A stretch of 64,000 nt of DNA. Source: a bacterium. Its GTDB lineage: Bacteria > Desulfobacterota > DSWW01. How positions within the stretch are numbered: the stretch's first letter is position 1; every line of letters starts with the position of its first letter. The stretch covers positions 30,014-94,013 of the forward strand of contig JBFLZG010000042.1 of assembly GCA_040756235.1 (NCBI GenBank), given 5' to 3'. Shown here in pieces: positions 38,887 through 48,916 of the stretch. The translations under genes and the position numbers were made by a program. Under the pieces are notes generated by a model. The model ran no database searches and was not told where the DNA came from. It was given only the letters and a program-made list of their open reading frames with translations.

Positions 38887-40209
38887 ATGCGGCTGTTCGC
38901 TTTCGCCCAGGACCGGAGTGGAACCCCATTGGCTGTGCGTTGTCCTTGCTTTCCGACCCGGGAAGATCTGAGCGCCTTTCTGGAAGCCGAGGGCTTGCCC
39001 CCCGCAAGGGCCAGATCCGTGGCCCTGCGGATCTTTCCGGTTTCCGTCTTTCTGGAAGGCGTTCCGGAGCCTGTGGCCGCCTCCCTCGTCGGCAGGGTCG
39101 AGCGGGAGGGGGGCGGAGGGGTTCTCCTGCCGGGCGGGCGCTCCGGGGTGGGGGGCGCTGCCGCTCTGCTCACGGGAGGCCTGGAGTCGATTCTCGCGGG
39201 CTTGCAGAAGGCCGCACGGGATGAAACGAACAAGGGGGCGGCAAGCCGTGCCGCCGGCCCTCTTTCCAGGGTGGCGGACGCGACCTCCCCGGCGCCGGCT
39301 CCGATCGATTACCAAGGCAAACGGCTGGATTTCTCGGGCCGCCCCCTCATCATGGGCGTGCTCAACATCACGCCGGACTCGTTCTCCGACGGAGGCCGGT
39401 ACCTGCATTTCGAGCGGGCGGTCGAGCGCGCCTCGCAGATGATCGCGCAAGGGGCCGACATCCTGGACCTGGGCCCCGCCTCCAGCCGGCCCGGCTCCGA
39501 TCCGGTCCCGGACAGCGTGCAGGAAGAGCGCCTCCTGCCGGTGCTGCGGGAGATCCGCGAGGGCTGGAACGGCTGGATCTCGGTCGATACGCCTTCTTCC
39601 CGCGTGGCGCGTGCGGCCGTGGATGCAGGCGCCGACATGATCAACGACATCAGCGCCGGCTGCATGGATCCGGCCATGAAGGACCTGGCCGCGCTCGAGG
39701 GCGTCCCGGTCGTGCTGATGCACATGAAGGGAACACCCAAGACCATGCAGCAGGACCCGGTCTACGACTCGCTGTTCTCGGAGCTGGTGGAGTATTTCGA
39801 CGAGCGGATCGGCGCCTGGACCGAGGCGGGCGTGCTGCGGGAGCGCATTCTGGTGGACCCGGGGATCGGCTTCGGTAAGGCCCTGGTCCACAATCTTCTG
39901 CTCCTGAAGCACCTGGGGGAGCTGCGCGCCTGCGGGCGTCCCATCGTCCTGGGGACCTCCCGCAAGGCCTTCATCGGCGCCGTGCTCAAGCGGGATGCGG
40001 GCGGACGGCTGCTGGGCACACTGGCGACGCTGGCGATCGGAGCCTGGAACGGGGCCCACATCATGCGCGTGCACGACGTGGCGGAAGCGCGCGAGGTCCT
40101 GGCCATGGTGCAAGCGATTCGCGAGACCGATATGCGTCAGAGCCTGGACGGGCGTGCGGAGGCCGGTCCGGCTCCGCCCTGCGCGCGCGGGCAGGAAACC
40201 TCCTCATGA
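38887..40209 (+). CDS. folP: Dihydropteroate synthase with N-terminal extension
   Basis: MGVLNITPDSFSDGG, DPGIGFGK, SRK, RVHDV. Confidence 0.95.
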   Translation: MRLFAFAQDRSGTPLAVRCPCFPTREDLSAFLEAEGLPPARARSVALRIFPVSVFLEGVPEPVAASLVGRVEREGGGGVLLPGGRSGVGGAAALLTGGLESILAGLQKAARDETNKGAASRAAGPLSRVADATSPAPAPIDYQGKRLDFSGRPLIMGVLNITPDSFSDGGRYLHFERAVERASQMIAQGADILDLGPASSRPGSDPVPDSVQEERLLPVLREIREGWNGWISVDTPSSRVARAAVDAGADMINDISAGCMDPAMKDLAALEGVPVVLMHMKGTPKTMQQDPVYDSLFSELVEYFDERIGAWTEAGVLRERILVDPGIGFGKALVHNLLLLKHLGELRACGRPIVLGTSRKAFIGAVLKRDAGGRLLGTLATLAIGAWNGAHIMRVHDVAEAREVLAMVQAIRETDMRQSLDGRAEAGPAPPCARGQETSS

Positions 40210-40243
40210 CCGTTTTCCGCAGACCCGGACCGTCGAGGCCCCA

Positions 40244-41095
40244 ATGAGCGGGATCCCGAATTTCGACTGGCTCGACTTCGGTTGGGTGGACCTCCTGGAC
40301 ATCCTGGTGGTGGCCGTCGTCACGTATTGGATGATCCTGCTCATCAAAGGCACGAGGGCGGTCCACATGCTGACCGGACTGGCCATCGTCTTCAGCGCCT
40401 ACGTGGGGAGCGAGATCCTGCCGTTCTACACGCTCCACTGGATCCTCAACGCCTTCCTGAGCTCCATCGTCCTGATCGTCGTCGTCCTGTTCCAGGAGGA
40501 CATCCGCCGGGGTCTGGCGCGCATGGGTCGAAACCCGCTCTTCACGGGCATGAACCCCAAGGAGGAAAGCAAGCTCTTGCAGGAGATCGTTGCGGCCACC
40601 GTCGCCATGTCCGAGCGGCACGTGGGCGCCTTGATCGTGCTGGAGCGCGAGACCCGGCTGGACGACTTCCTGGAAGGCTGCACCGTGCTGGACGCGAAGG
40701 TGAGCCGCGAAATCCTGGCCAGCATCTTCTATCCTCTCTCTCCCCTGCACGACGGCGCCACGGTCCTCCACGAGGGTAGGGTGCACGCGGCCGGCTGCTT
40801 CCTGCCCCTCACCAACCGCACCGACATCAGCAAGTCGTTCGGGACGCGGCACCGGGCAGCCATCGGCATCACCGAGCGCTCGGACGCGGTGGCGATCGTG
40901 GTGTCGGAGGAGGACGGATCGATTTCGATGGCCGTGGACTGCGAGCTGCAGCACGGGATGCAGCCCGCGGAGCTGCAGGAGAGCCTGACGAGGCTCTTTT
41001 CCCCTCGTCTCCCCTATGCCAAGCCCAAGAGATCGCTCAGAAGAAAGTTGGGCCGAGATGCAACGATTGAAGGAGTTGTTCGTCCGGAACGCTAG
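40244..41095 (+). CDS. cdaA: Diadenylate cyclase
   Basis: Three TM segments, HDGA, GTRHRAA, SEE. Confidence 0.93.
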   Translation: MSGIPNFDWLDFGWVDLLDILVVAVVTYWMILLIKGTRAVHMLTGLAIVFSAYVGSEILPFYTLHWILNAFLSSIVLIVVVLFQEDIRRGLARMGRNPLFTGMNPKEESKLLQEIVAATVAMSERHVGALIVLERETRLDDFLEGCTVLDAKVSREILASIFYPLSPLHDGATVLHEGRVHAAGCFLPLTNRTDISKSFGTRHRAAIGITERSDAVAIVVSEEDGSISMAVDCELQHGMQPAELQESLTRLFSPRLPYAKPKRSLRRKLGRDATIEGVVRPER

Positions 41096-41993
41096 CCTGA
41101 AGGTCCTTTCGTTCTTCTTCGCCGTGAGTCTCTGGATCTTCGTGAATCTCAAGGCGACGGCGGAAAGAGTCTGCCAGGTCCCGGTCCGGTGGCAGAACAT
41201 CCCCAGCTATCTGGAGATCACGAACGCGGCAACCGACTCCATCCGGGTGCAGGTGAAGGGCCCGCAGCGCATCCTTTCGAACCTCGATCCGATGAGGATC
41301 CCGGTCGTGCTCGATCTGGCCGATGCCAAGGTGGGATTGAGCAACTATCAGATCAATGAGAAGATGATCCCTCTGCCGCCCGGGCTCAGCGCGACCGTGC
41401 TCCTGCCGGATACGATCCAGTTCAAGTTCGAGTCGATCGTCGAAAAGGAGGTTCCGATCCAGCCCCATCATGCCGGGGATCCCGGCGCAGGCTACTCGCT
41501 GGACGGGATCGAGGTGACTCCGAGCCGCGTGAAGGTCCTCGGAGCCCAGAGCGAGCTGCAGAACCTGTACCGGGTGGACACGGAGCCGATCGACGTGAGC
41601 GGCCGGGAAAAGAGCTTCGAGACGAGGGTCCGCGTTGCCCTGAACCGTCCTCACGTCTGGCTCGCCCCCAATCAGGAGACGGTGCTTGCCAAGATCCAGA
41701 TCGTCGAGCGAATCGTGAAGAAGACGCTGCCGCAGGCGAGGGTCGTCGCCGAAGGCCCGGGGGGAGCGGCCGTGAGCATTCAGCCCCCTGCCGTGGACAT
41801 CACGCTGGAGGGCCCTGCGGCGGCGATCCGATCGGTCGTGCCGGGCGAGGTCACGGCGCGCGTGGTCCTTCCCGACGTCCCCGCACCGGTGCAGACCCTC
41901 CGGGTCTTCGTGCAGGTGCCGGTCGCTGGGATCCGCGCCGAGAGCGCTCCGGACCGCGTGGTGGTGCGCGTCTCCCCCGGCGTTTCTCCGTAG
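41058..41993 (+). CDS. cdaR: YbbR-domain regulator of CdaA
   Basis: LKVLSFFFAVSLW anchor, repeated YbbR-like beta domains, follows cdaA. Confidence 0.88.
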   Translation: MQRLKELFVRNASLKVLSFFFAVSLWIFVNLKATAERVCQVPVRWQNIPSYLEITNAATDSIRVQVKGPQRILSNLDPMRIPVVLDLADAKVGLSNYQINEKMIPLPPGLSATVLLPDTIQFKFESIVEKEVPIQPHHAGDPGAGYSLDGIEVTPSRVKVLGAQSELQNLYRVDTEPIDVSGREKSFETRVRVALNRPHVWLAPNQETVLAKIQIVERIVKKTLPQARVVAEGPGGAAVSIQPPAVDITLEGPAAAIRSVVPGEVTARVVLPDVPAPVQTLRVFVQVPVAGIRAESAPDRVVVRVSPGVSP

Positions 41994-42035
41994 GTGCCCG
42001 TCGAGTTTCGCTTCCGGGACGGTTGTCAATCGACG

Positions 42036-42572
42036 ATGGAATCATGCAAAATAGTCTTCCTGACTCAGACCGAGGACGAGACTCGCCGGATCGGAGCCGC
42101 CCTGGGCGGCTGGCTCCGACCGGGAGACCTCGTGGCGCTTGCAGGCGATTTAGGAAGCGGTAAGACCTGCCTGACCCAGGGGATCGCTCAGGGGCTGGGC
42201 GTACCCGACGCTGCGTACGTGCGGTCCCCTTCCTTCGTCCTCATGCACACGTACCCCGGCCGCTTCCCGGTCTACCACCTGGACCTGTACCGGATCCGGG
42301 ACGCGAGCGAGCTGGAGGACCTGGGCGTCCGGGAGATCTTCGGCGCCGAGGGCGTCTGCGTGATCGAATGGGCGGACAAGATCTCGGAGTGGCTGCCCGA
42401 AGCCTACGTGCGCGTGTCGCTGGCCCACGAGAGCGAGAGCCGGCGCCGCATCGAGATCGAGGCGGTCGGGGAGAGCTACGCGAGCCGGTGGGAAAGCCTC
42501 GAGAAGAAATTGACAGGGGCGACGCATCGACAGGCAGCCGGTGAGCGGCATCGTCGACAGGAGAAGGAGTAG
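42036..42572 (+). CDS. tsaE: t6A biosynthesis ATPase
   Basis: GDLGSGKT, SPSF, HLDLYR, IEW. Confidence 0.95.
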   Translation: MESCKIVFLTQTEDETRRIGAALGGWLRPGDLVALAGDLGSGKTCLTQGIAQGLGVPDAAYVRSPSFVLMHTYPGRFPVYHLDLYRIRDASELEDLGVREIFGAEGVCVIEWADKISEWLPEAYVRVSLAHESESRRRIEIEAVGESYASRWESLEKKLTGATHRQAAGERHRRQEKE

Positions 42573-42577
42573 AGGAG

Positions 42578-43822
42578 ATGGCTGTCATCGTGCAGAAGTA
42601 CGGGGGGACTTCGGTCGGCAGCGTCGAAAGGATCCGCAACGTGGCCCAGCGCGTCGCCGGGACCTGGAGAGGGGGCCACAAGGTGGCCGTCGTGGTTTCG
42701 GCCATGGCAGGGGAGACGAACCGGCTCATCCAACTGGTGCGCGAGACCTGCGATCGGCCGAACATGCGGGAATACGACGTGGTGGTTTCCACGGGTGAGC
42801 AAGTCACGATCGGGCTGACGGCCATCGCCCTGGAAGCCCTGGGGGTGCCCTCCGAGTCGTTCATGGCCCATCAGCTCCACATTCTCACGGACAGCGTGCA
42901 CAGCAAGGCGCGGATCCTCGACATCGAGTCCTCGCGCCTCAGGGCCACGTTGGAGAACGGCAAGGTGGCCGTGATCGCCGGCTTTCAGGGCCTGGACTCC
43001 AACGGCGACGTCACGACCCTGGGACGGGGCGGCTCGGATCTGACCGCGGTGGCCATTGCGGCCGCCCTGGGCGCCGACATGTGCGAGATCTACACGGACG
43101 TGGAAGGCGTGTTCACGACCGATCCCAACATCTGCGCCAACGCGCGCAAGATCGACCGCGTCTCCTATGACGAGATGCTCGAGATGGCCAGCCTCGGCGC
43201 CAAGGTGCTGCAGACCCGCTCCGTGGAGTTTGCCAAGAAATACAGCGTGCCCGTTCACGTCCTTTCGAGCTTCGCGGAAAAGGCGGGCACTTACGTGGTC
43301 CAGGAGGAACCCGCCATGGAACAGGTTTTGGTCTCCAGCGTGACGTACAACAAGGATGAGGCCAAGGTCTCTCTGCGCAACGTGCCGGACCGGCCGGGCG
43401 TGGCGGCCAGAGTGTTCTCGCCCCTGGCCGAAGCCAGCATCGTCGTGGACATGATCCTCCAGAACATCAGCCGCGAGGGTCTCACCGACCTGACCTTCAC
43501 GGTCCCCAAGTCGGAGCTGGCGCGGGCGCTCGATATCATCCGCCCCACGGCGGACGAGCTGCAGGTGACCGAGATCCTCACCGACGAGAACATCTCCAAG
43601 GTATCCATCATCGGCCTGGGCATGAAGAGCCACGCCGGGGTGGCGGCCAAGATGTTCGAGGCGCTCTCTCAGGAGGGGATCAACATCCAGATGATCAGCA
43701 CTTCGGAGATCAAGATCTCCTGCATCATCCAGAGCAAGTACACCGAGCTTGCCGTCCGGGTCCTGCACGACACCTTCCAGCTCGGGGAGAAGGGCGGGAC
43801 GGTGAGCCAGGAAAGACTCTAG
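42578..43822 (+). CDS. lysC: Aspartate kinase
   Basis: QKYGGTSV, TTLGRGGSD, two ACT domains. Confidence 0.97.
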   Translation: MAVIVQKYGGTSVGSVERIRNVAQRVAGTWRGGHKVAVVVSAMAGETNRLIQLVRETCDRPNMREYDVVVSTGEQVTIGLTAIALEALGVPSESFMAHQLHILTDSVHSKARILDIESSRLRATLENGKVAVIAGFQGLDSNGDVTTLGRGGSDLTAVAIAAALGADMCEIYTDVEGVFTTDPNICANARKIDRVSYDEMLEMASLGAKVLQTRSVEFAKKYSVPVHVLSSFAEKAGTYVVQEEPAMEQVLVSSVTYNKDEAKVSLRNVPDRPGVAARVFSPLAEASIVVDMILQNISREGLTDLTFTVPKSELARALDIIRPTADELQVTEILTDENISKVSIIGLGMKSHAGVAAKMFEALSQEGINIQMISTSEIKISCIIQSKYTELAVRVLHDTFQLGEKGGTVSQERL

Positions 43823-43939
43823 CCGAAAGCGAGCCGTCGGGTTTCAGCGGTCCGTCATCAGGCCTTCCCCGCTGCGGCCCCGGAGAGCGAAGAAGCGGCA
43901 ACCGACAACTGACAACTCCCCTCAGGAAGGATCGACCGA

Positions 43940-45532
43940 TTGCACTCCAAAAAGCCTGAGGCCCCCGGCGCAAAGGTCGTTTTGTACGATACGACCTTGC
44001 GGGAGGGGGACCAGACCGAGCAGATCCACTTTTCCAAGGAAGACAAGCTGCGCATCCTGGAGAAGCTGGATGCCTTCCGCATGGATTACGTCGAGGGCGG
44101 CTGGCCCGGAGGCAATCCGAAGGATGCGGAGTTCTTCCGGGAAGCGCGCCGGCTGCCGCTGGGTCACGCGAAGCTCGTGGCCTTCGGCATGACGCGTCGC
44201 CCGGGCCGGACGGCCTCCAGGGACAGCGGCCTTGGGGGCATCCTGCGTTCCGGCGTGCGCGCCGCAACCCTGGTCGGAAAGACCTGGGACCTGCACGTCA
44301 AGGAGGCCCTGCGGGTTTCCTTCTCCGAAAACCTGCGCATGATCCACGATTCGGTCCGCTATCTCAAGGGGCGTCTCGAAGAGGTCTTTTTCGACGCCGA
44401 GCACTTCTTCAACGGCTATCTTTCGAACCCCAACTATGCCGTCCGGTGCATCCGCGCGGCGGCCGAAGCGGGCGCCGACGCCATCGTCCTTTGCGACACC
44501 AACGGCGGCATGATCCCGCGCACCGTGCGGCAGGTGGTGCGCAAGGTCCTCGAGGAGGTCGCGCTGCCGGTCGGGATCCACGCGCACAACGATTCGGACC
44601 TGGCCGTGGCCAACACCCTGGCCGCCGTGGAGGAGGGGGCCACGCACGTCCAGGGGACGATCAACGGCTATGGCGAGCGCTGCGGCAACGCCAACCTTTG
44701 CTCCATCATCCCGAATCTTCAACTCAAGCTGGGGCGCTTCTGCCTGCCCGAGGAGCAGCTCCGCGAGCTCAGGGCCTGTGCGCGCTTCGTGGCCGAGCTG
44801 GCCAACCAGATCCCCAACCGCCAGCAGCCGTATGTGGGCGACAGCGCCTTCGCCCACAAGGGGGGGCTGCACGTGAGCGCGGTCTCGAGGAACCCGGCCA
44901 CGTACGAGCACGTGGCTCCCGAGTCGGTCGGCAATCAGCGCCGCATCCTGATCTCCGACGTCTCCGGCAGGTCGACGGTGATGCAGAAGGCCAGGGAGTA
45001 CCGGCTGGAGCTGCCGCAGAAGGACGGCTCGGTCCAGGCCATCGTGGATCTGCTCAAGGAGATGGAGAGGCGCGGATACCGGTACGAAGGCGCGGAGGCC
45101 TCCTTCGAGCTGCTCATGCGGAGCGCTCTCGGGAAGAGGCCGAAGTTCTTTCGCCTGCTCGGATTCCGCGTGGTCGACGAGAAGAAGAAAGAGAACGAGC
45201 CGCCCTACTCGGAGGCCACGGTGAAGATCGAGGTCGACGGCCGCGTGGAGCACACCGCCGCGGAAGGGCGGGGGCCGGTCAACGCCATGGACAACGCGCT
45301 GAGGAAGGCGCTCGAGAAGTTCTACCCCGAGCTCGCGTCGGTCCGGCTGCTGGACTACAAGGTCCGGGTGCTGCCGGCCGGGGCCGGTACCGGGTCCCAC
45401 GTGCGCGTCCTGATCGAGAGCGGGGACGGCCGGCGGAAGTGGTCCACGGTGGGGGTCTCCTACAACATCGTCGAGGCGAGCTGGCAGGCCCTTGCCGACG
45501 CGATCCAGTACAAGCTGCAGACGGAGCGATGA
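43940..45532 (+). CDS. cimA: Citramalate synthase
   Basis: YDTTLREG, FDAEHFF, HAHND, GERCGNA, AFAHKGGLH. Confidence 0.92.
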   Translation: MHSKKPEAPGAKVVLYDTTLREGDQTEQIHFSKEDKLRILEKLDAFRMDYVEGGWPGGNPKDAEFFREARRLPLGHAKLVAFGMTRRPGRTASRDSGLGGILRSGVRAATLVGKTWDLHVKEALRVSFSENLRMIHDSVRYLKGRLEEVFFDAEHFFNGYLSNPNYAVRCIRAAAEAGADAIVLCDTNGGMIPRTVRQVVRKVLEEVALPVGIHAHNDSDLAVANTLAAVEEGATHVQGTINGYGERCGNANLCSIIPNLQLKLGRFCLPEEQLRELRACARFVAELANQIPNRQQPYVGDSAFAHKGGLHVSAVSRNPATYEHVAPESVGNQRRILISDVSGRSTVMQKAREYRLELPQKDGSVQAIVDLLKEMERRGYRYEGAEASFELLMRSALGKRPKFFRLLGFRVVDEKKKENEPPYSEATVKIEVDGRVEHTAAEGRGPVNAMDNALRKALEKFYPELASVRLLDYKVRVLPAGAGTGSHVRVLIESGDGRRKWSTVGVSYNIVEASWQALADAIQYKLQTER

Positions 45533-46218
45533 AAGGAAACGGGCGCACAACGCCGAGCGGCCGGCCGCCCTGGCTTCTGGCTCGGACCTCGTCGAGCTTC
45601 CTCCTGGTCCTTCTGGCCGTGGGTCTGCTCCAGGTTCGCGCGGACCTGCGCCGGGAACGGGAAGCAGCCGTGCCTGCCGGGAGCGTGAGCCCGGACTGGG
45701 TCCGGGTCGACGTCCCCGGCCGGGAGACGCGGTTCTTCCGAGTGCGGCGGGGCGAGCCGCTGGGCGGGCTCCTCGAAGAAGCGGCTCCGGAGACGCTCGC
45801 TCTTCTGCCCCCCTCATGCCTGCAGCGGCCCTTGGAAGGCGGTCTTCAGGTGAGGCTCGACCCCGGAAGGGCCGGCACGGCGGGATCCCTCGCCTTGGAG
45901 CCCCTCTCCGAGCGGGAGCGGTTTCTGATGGGGATGCGCCTCAACGTGAATCGGGCCGAGGCCGAGGAGCTGTCCCTCCTGCCCGGCATCGGGCCCAAGC
46001 TGGCCGAACGGATGCGACTCGCTCGGGAGAAGAGGGGCCCCTTCTCCTCGGAAGCGGATCTCGTCGCCATCGACGGGATCGGCCGGGGAACCGTGGAGAG
46101 GCTCCGCTCTTGCATCTGTTTTTCGCCGCCCGAAGGGGGCGTTTTTCCCCTTGCCGACACGGTCTCGAGACATATCCCCTTCGAACCTGCTGTCCTGAGG
46201 TCCTCGTTGCTGCCATGA
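45529..46218 (+). CDS. ComEA-like helix-hairpin-helix protein
   Basis: LNVNRA..LSLLPGIGPKLA..GPF..DGIG. Confidence 0.8.
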   Translation: MKGNGRTTPSGRPPWLLARTSSSFLLVLLAVGLLQVRADLRREREAAVPAGSVSPDWVRVDVPGRETRFFRVRRGEPLGGLLEEAAPETLALLPPSCLQRPLEGGLQVRLDPGRAGTAGSLALEPLSERERFLMGMRLNVNRAEAEELSLLPGIGPKLAERMRLAREKRGPFSSEADLVAIDGIGRGTVERLRSCICFSPPEGGVFPLADTVSRHIPFEPAVLRSSLLP

Positions 46219-47636
46219 AGCGCAGAGAGTCCTGCACGGGCGCCCCCGCCGTTTTCCCGAAAGGCCGGCACGACGGGCGGCCGTTGCCCCTTTCGGATCC
46301 CGCGCGCAGCGCGGCGGCGGAGCGCCGCGTCGCGATCGTCACCCTGGGGTGCAAGATCAACCAGTACGACAGCAACAGCCTGGCTGCAGCGGTCGAGCTC
46401 AACGGCCATCGCGTGGTGCCCGACCCGGCCGCGGCGGACGTGATCCTGGTGAATACCTGCACGGTCACCGGGAAGACCGACTACAAGGGCCGGCAGTTGA
46501 TTCGCAAGGTCATCGAGCGGAACCCCTCTGCGGTCGTCGTCGTGACGGGATGCTACGCCCAGGTGCAGCCCGAGCCGATCGCCGCCATACCGGGAGTGGA
46601 CTACGTGTTCGGCAACTCGGAGAAAGCGCGCATCGGCGCCTGGCTGTCGACGTGCGTCAAGCGGGCGCAGGCCGAGATCCGGGTCGGGGACATCCCTCCG
46701 AAGCTCGCCCCCGAGGAAGAACCCCCGGAGGTCCACTCCGGCACGACCAGGGCTTTCCTCAAGATCCAGGACGGGTGCGACGAAAGATGCGCCTATTGCA
46801 TCGTGCCTCGGGCCCGCGGCAGGAGCCGGAGTCTTCCGGTCCAGGGGGTGCTGGAGAAGATGTCTCATCTCGGCAGGGGGGGATATCAGGAGGTGGTGCT
46901 CTGCGGCATCCACCTGGGCGTCTACGGCCGCGACCTGGATCCGCCCGTCTCCCTTGCGCAGCTGCTCGCGCGGCTCGACGAAGATGCCGTCGTGCCGCGC
47001 ATCCGGGTGAGCTCCATCGAGCCGAACGAAATCGATGCGGCTCTGATCGAGCTGTTCGCCGAGGCCCGTTCCCTTTGCCCCCATTTTCACCTCCCCATGC
47101 AGAGCGGAGACCGGGCGGTGCTCGAGACCATGGGCCGCAAGTACGGGCCGGAGGACTTCGCCCGCCTGGTGGAGGCGCTGCTTCTGCGCATCCCGCAAGC
47201 CGCCATCGGAGTCGACGTGATCGCCGGTTTTCCGGGCGAGAGCGAACCGGCCTACCGAAACAGCCTGGAGCTGCTGCGGTCCCTGCCGGTGAGCTATTTC
47301 CACGTGTTCCCGTATTCCGCCCGGCCGGGCACCCCGGCCGCGAGCATGCCTGACCCGGTCCGGTCCGAGGTGATCCAGCGGAGGGCGGAGGAGCTGCGTC
47401 GGCTGGGCCACGAGAAGCGGGCCGGGTTCTACCGGCGCTTTCTCGGCAAGGATCTCGAAGTGCTGGTGGAGAGCCGCAGGGACCGCGAGACGCGGCTCCT
47501 CAGGGGGTTCAGCCGCAACTACGTTCCCCTGTTCTTCGACGGGGAAGATGCCTGGCAGCGGCGGCGCGTGATCGTCAGGGCCGAGGAGGTGCGGGGAACG
47601 CGGGTCTACGGCGCGGCAGTGGCCGCTACAGGTTGA
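46215..47636 (+). CDS. mtaB: tRNA ms2t6A methylthiotransferase
   Basis: TLGCKINQYD, NTCTVT, KIQDGCxxxCxYC, SSIEP. Confidence 0.93.
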   Translation: MKRRESCTGAPAVFPKGRHDGRPLPLSDPARSAAAERRVAIVTLGCKINQYDSNSLAAAVELNGHRVVPDPAAADVILVNTCTVTGKTDYKGRQLIRKVIERNPSAVVVVTGCYAQVQPEPIAAIPGVDYVFGNSEKARIGAWLSTCVKRAQAEIRVGDIPPKLAPEEEPPEVHSGTTRAFLKIQDGCDERCAYCIVPRARGRSRSLPVQGVLEKMSHLGRGGYQEVVLCGIHLGVYGRDLDPPVSLAQLLARLDEDAVVPRIRVSSIEPNEIDAALIELFAEARSLCPHFHLPMQSGDRAVLETMGRKYGPEDFARLVEALLLRIPQAAIGVDVIAGFPGESEPAYRNSLELLRSLPVSYFHVFPYSARPGTPAASMPDPVRSEVIQRRAEELRRLGHEKRAGFYRRFLGKDLEVLVESRRDRETRLLRGFSRNYVPLFFDGEDAWQRRRVIVRAEEVRGTRVYGAAVAATG

Positions 47637-47678
47637 AAAAACGCCCTCCAGACACGGCGCCGCAGGCCCGTCCGCGGC

Positions 47679-47706
47679 TTGACATGCACCTTGGATCCGC
47701 TAGAAT
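47679..47706 (+). promoter_or_regulatory. Sigma70 promoter of tRNA-Gly/tRNA-Cys
   Basis: TTGACA-16 bp-TAGAAT. Confidence 0.7.
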
Positions 47707-47761
47707 AGAGCCTGTCCCAGAGGGAATCTGAAGCGGCGCGGCGGCAAGGAGCCGGTCTTGC

Positions 47762-47836
47762 GCGGGAATAGCTCAGTGGTAGAGCACCACCTTGCCAAGG
47801 TGGGGGTCGCGGGTTCAACCCCCGTTTCCCGCTCCA
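47762..47836 (+). tRNA. tRNA-Gly(GCC)
   Basis: GCGGGAA/TTCCCGC acceptor stem, CACC-TTGCCAA-GGTG anticodon arm, CCA end. Confidence 0.96.
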
Positions 47837-47927
47837 AGCTCATCCTGGTCTCGATCCTTGAAGCCTCAGCCGTTCTTGCTCGGACGCGGGCTCCGCAGAT
47901 GGGCGCTGATCGACAGCCTCTGAATGA

Positions 47928-48001
<74 letters not shown>

Positions 48002-48024
48002 CTCCTGCTCCCCCACGGTCCACG

Positions 48025-48447
48025 TCACGGATTCGCCTGGAGATACATCAGGCCCGAGGTGGTGCACTTGCCCCCGATGCTCGCGTACTCGCCGGATATG
48101 AAGAGGCAGCCCGACCCGGTCACGGTGCCCGAAAACTGGTATGCGTAACAGCAGGCGTCCGTCGGGTTGGGGTTGGGGTTCGTCACGACCCAGTCCACGA
48201 TCCCTTCGCCTCCCGGCTTTTCGGAAGTCCCGGCGAGCGTCCAGACCCCGCAGCCCAGCTCTCTCGTGTCGACCGTGCCCACGACCGCGAGGCTGTCACC
48301 TGCTCCCAGCGGAGAAGTGATGAGCAGGTACACGGCGCCGAAGTTGTCCTCGTAAGTCCCGCTGGGACAACAGGCGGCGATCGAGGCGGAGATCGCGAGG
48401 AAAAGGAGACCGGCCTTGCGGATTTTTCGGTAACGGCTCCCGCTCAT
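48025..48447 (-). CDS. Hypothetical lipoprotein
   Basis: RBS AGGAGG, basic N-terminus, hydrophobic stretch, IAAC lipobox. Confidence 0.7.
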   Translation of the reverse strand: MSGSRYRKIRKAGLLFLAISASIAACCPSGTYEDNFGAVYLLITSPLGAGDSLAVVGTVDTRELGCGVWTLAGTSEKPGGEGIVDWVVTNPNPNPTDACCYAYQFSGTVTGSGCLFISGEYASIGGKCTTSGLMYLQANP

Positions 48448-48563
48448 GGGCTTCCTCCTGTGCTCCCCTGGAAGAGTTCCGTGAAAACCTATAAAATGAA
48501 TTCAAGACGGTTCAGCCGGAGAGGCTTGCGCCGATTCATCGGAAGCGGAAAGGGTTCGTCACC

Positions 48564-48785
48564 ATGCCGATTTTCGAGTACCACTGCCGCTCCTGCGACA
48601 AGAAGTTCGAGAAGCTCGTGCTCCGAAGGGACATGCAGGTCCAGTGCCCTCAATGCCGGGCCGACGAGGTCGAGCGGCTCATCTCGGTTTGCAGTTTCGG
48701 AAGCGCGGACCGATCGGTCCGGCCCGCCTCACAAAGCAACTGCGGTTCCTGCCATGCTAGCAGCTGCACTTCCTGCAAACACTAG
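48564..48785 (+). CDS. FmdB-family zinc-ribbon protein
   Basis: MPIFEYHCxxC..FE..CPQC, Cys-rich tail. Confidence 0.88.
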   Translation: MPIFEYHCRSCDKKFEKLVLRRDMQVQCPQCRADEVERLISVCSFGSADRSVRPASQSNCGSCHASSCTSCKH

Positions 48786-48916
48786 AAGACTGTAGCTGTC
48801 AGGTATCAGGTGCTAGGTGTTAGACCCCTCTGCCCCAGCTCCCAGATACTCTCATCGCCTCGTCTTCTTGGGCGGAGTTGGGGTTGGGACACCAAGACCT
48901 GAAACCTGACCCTTTC

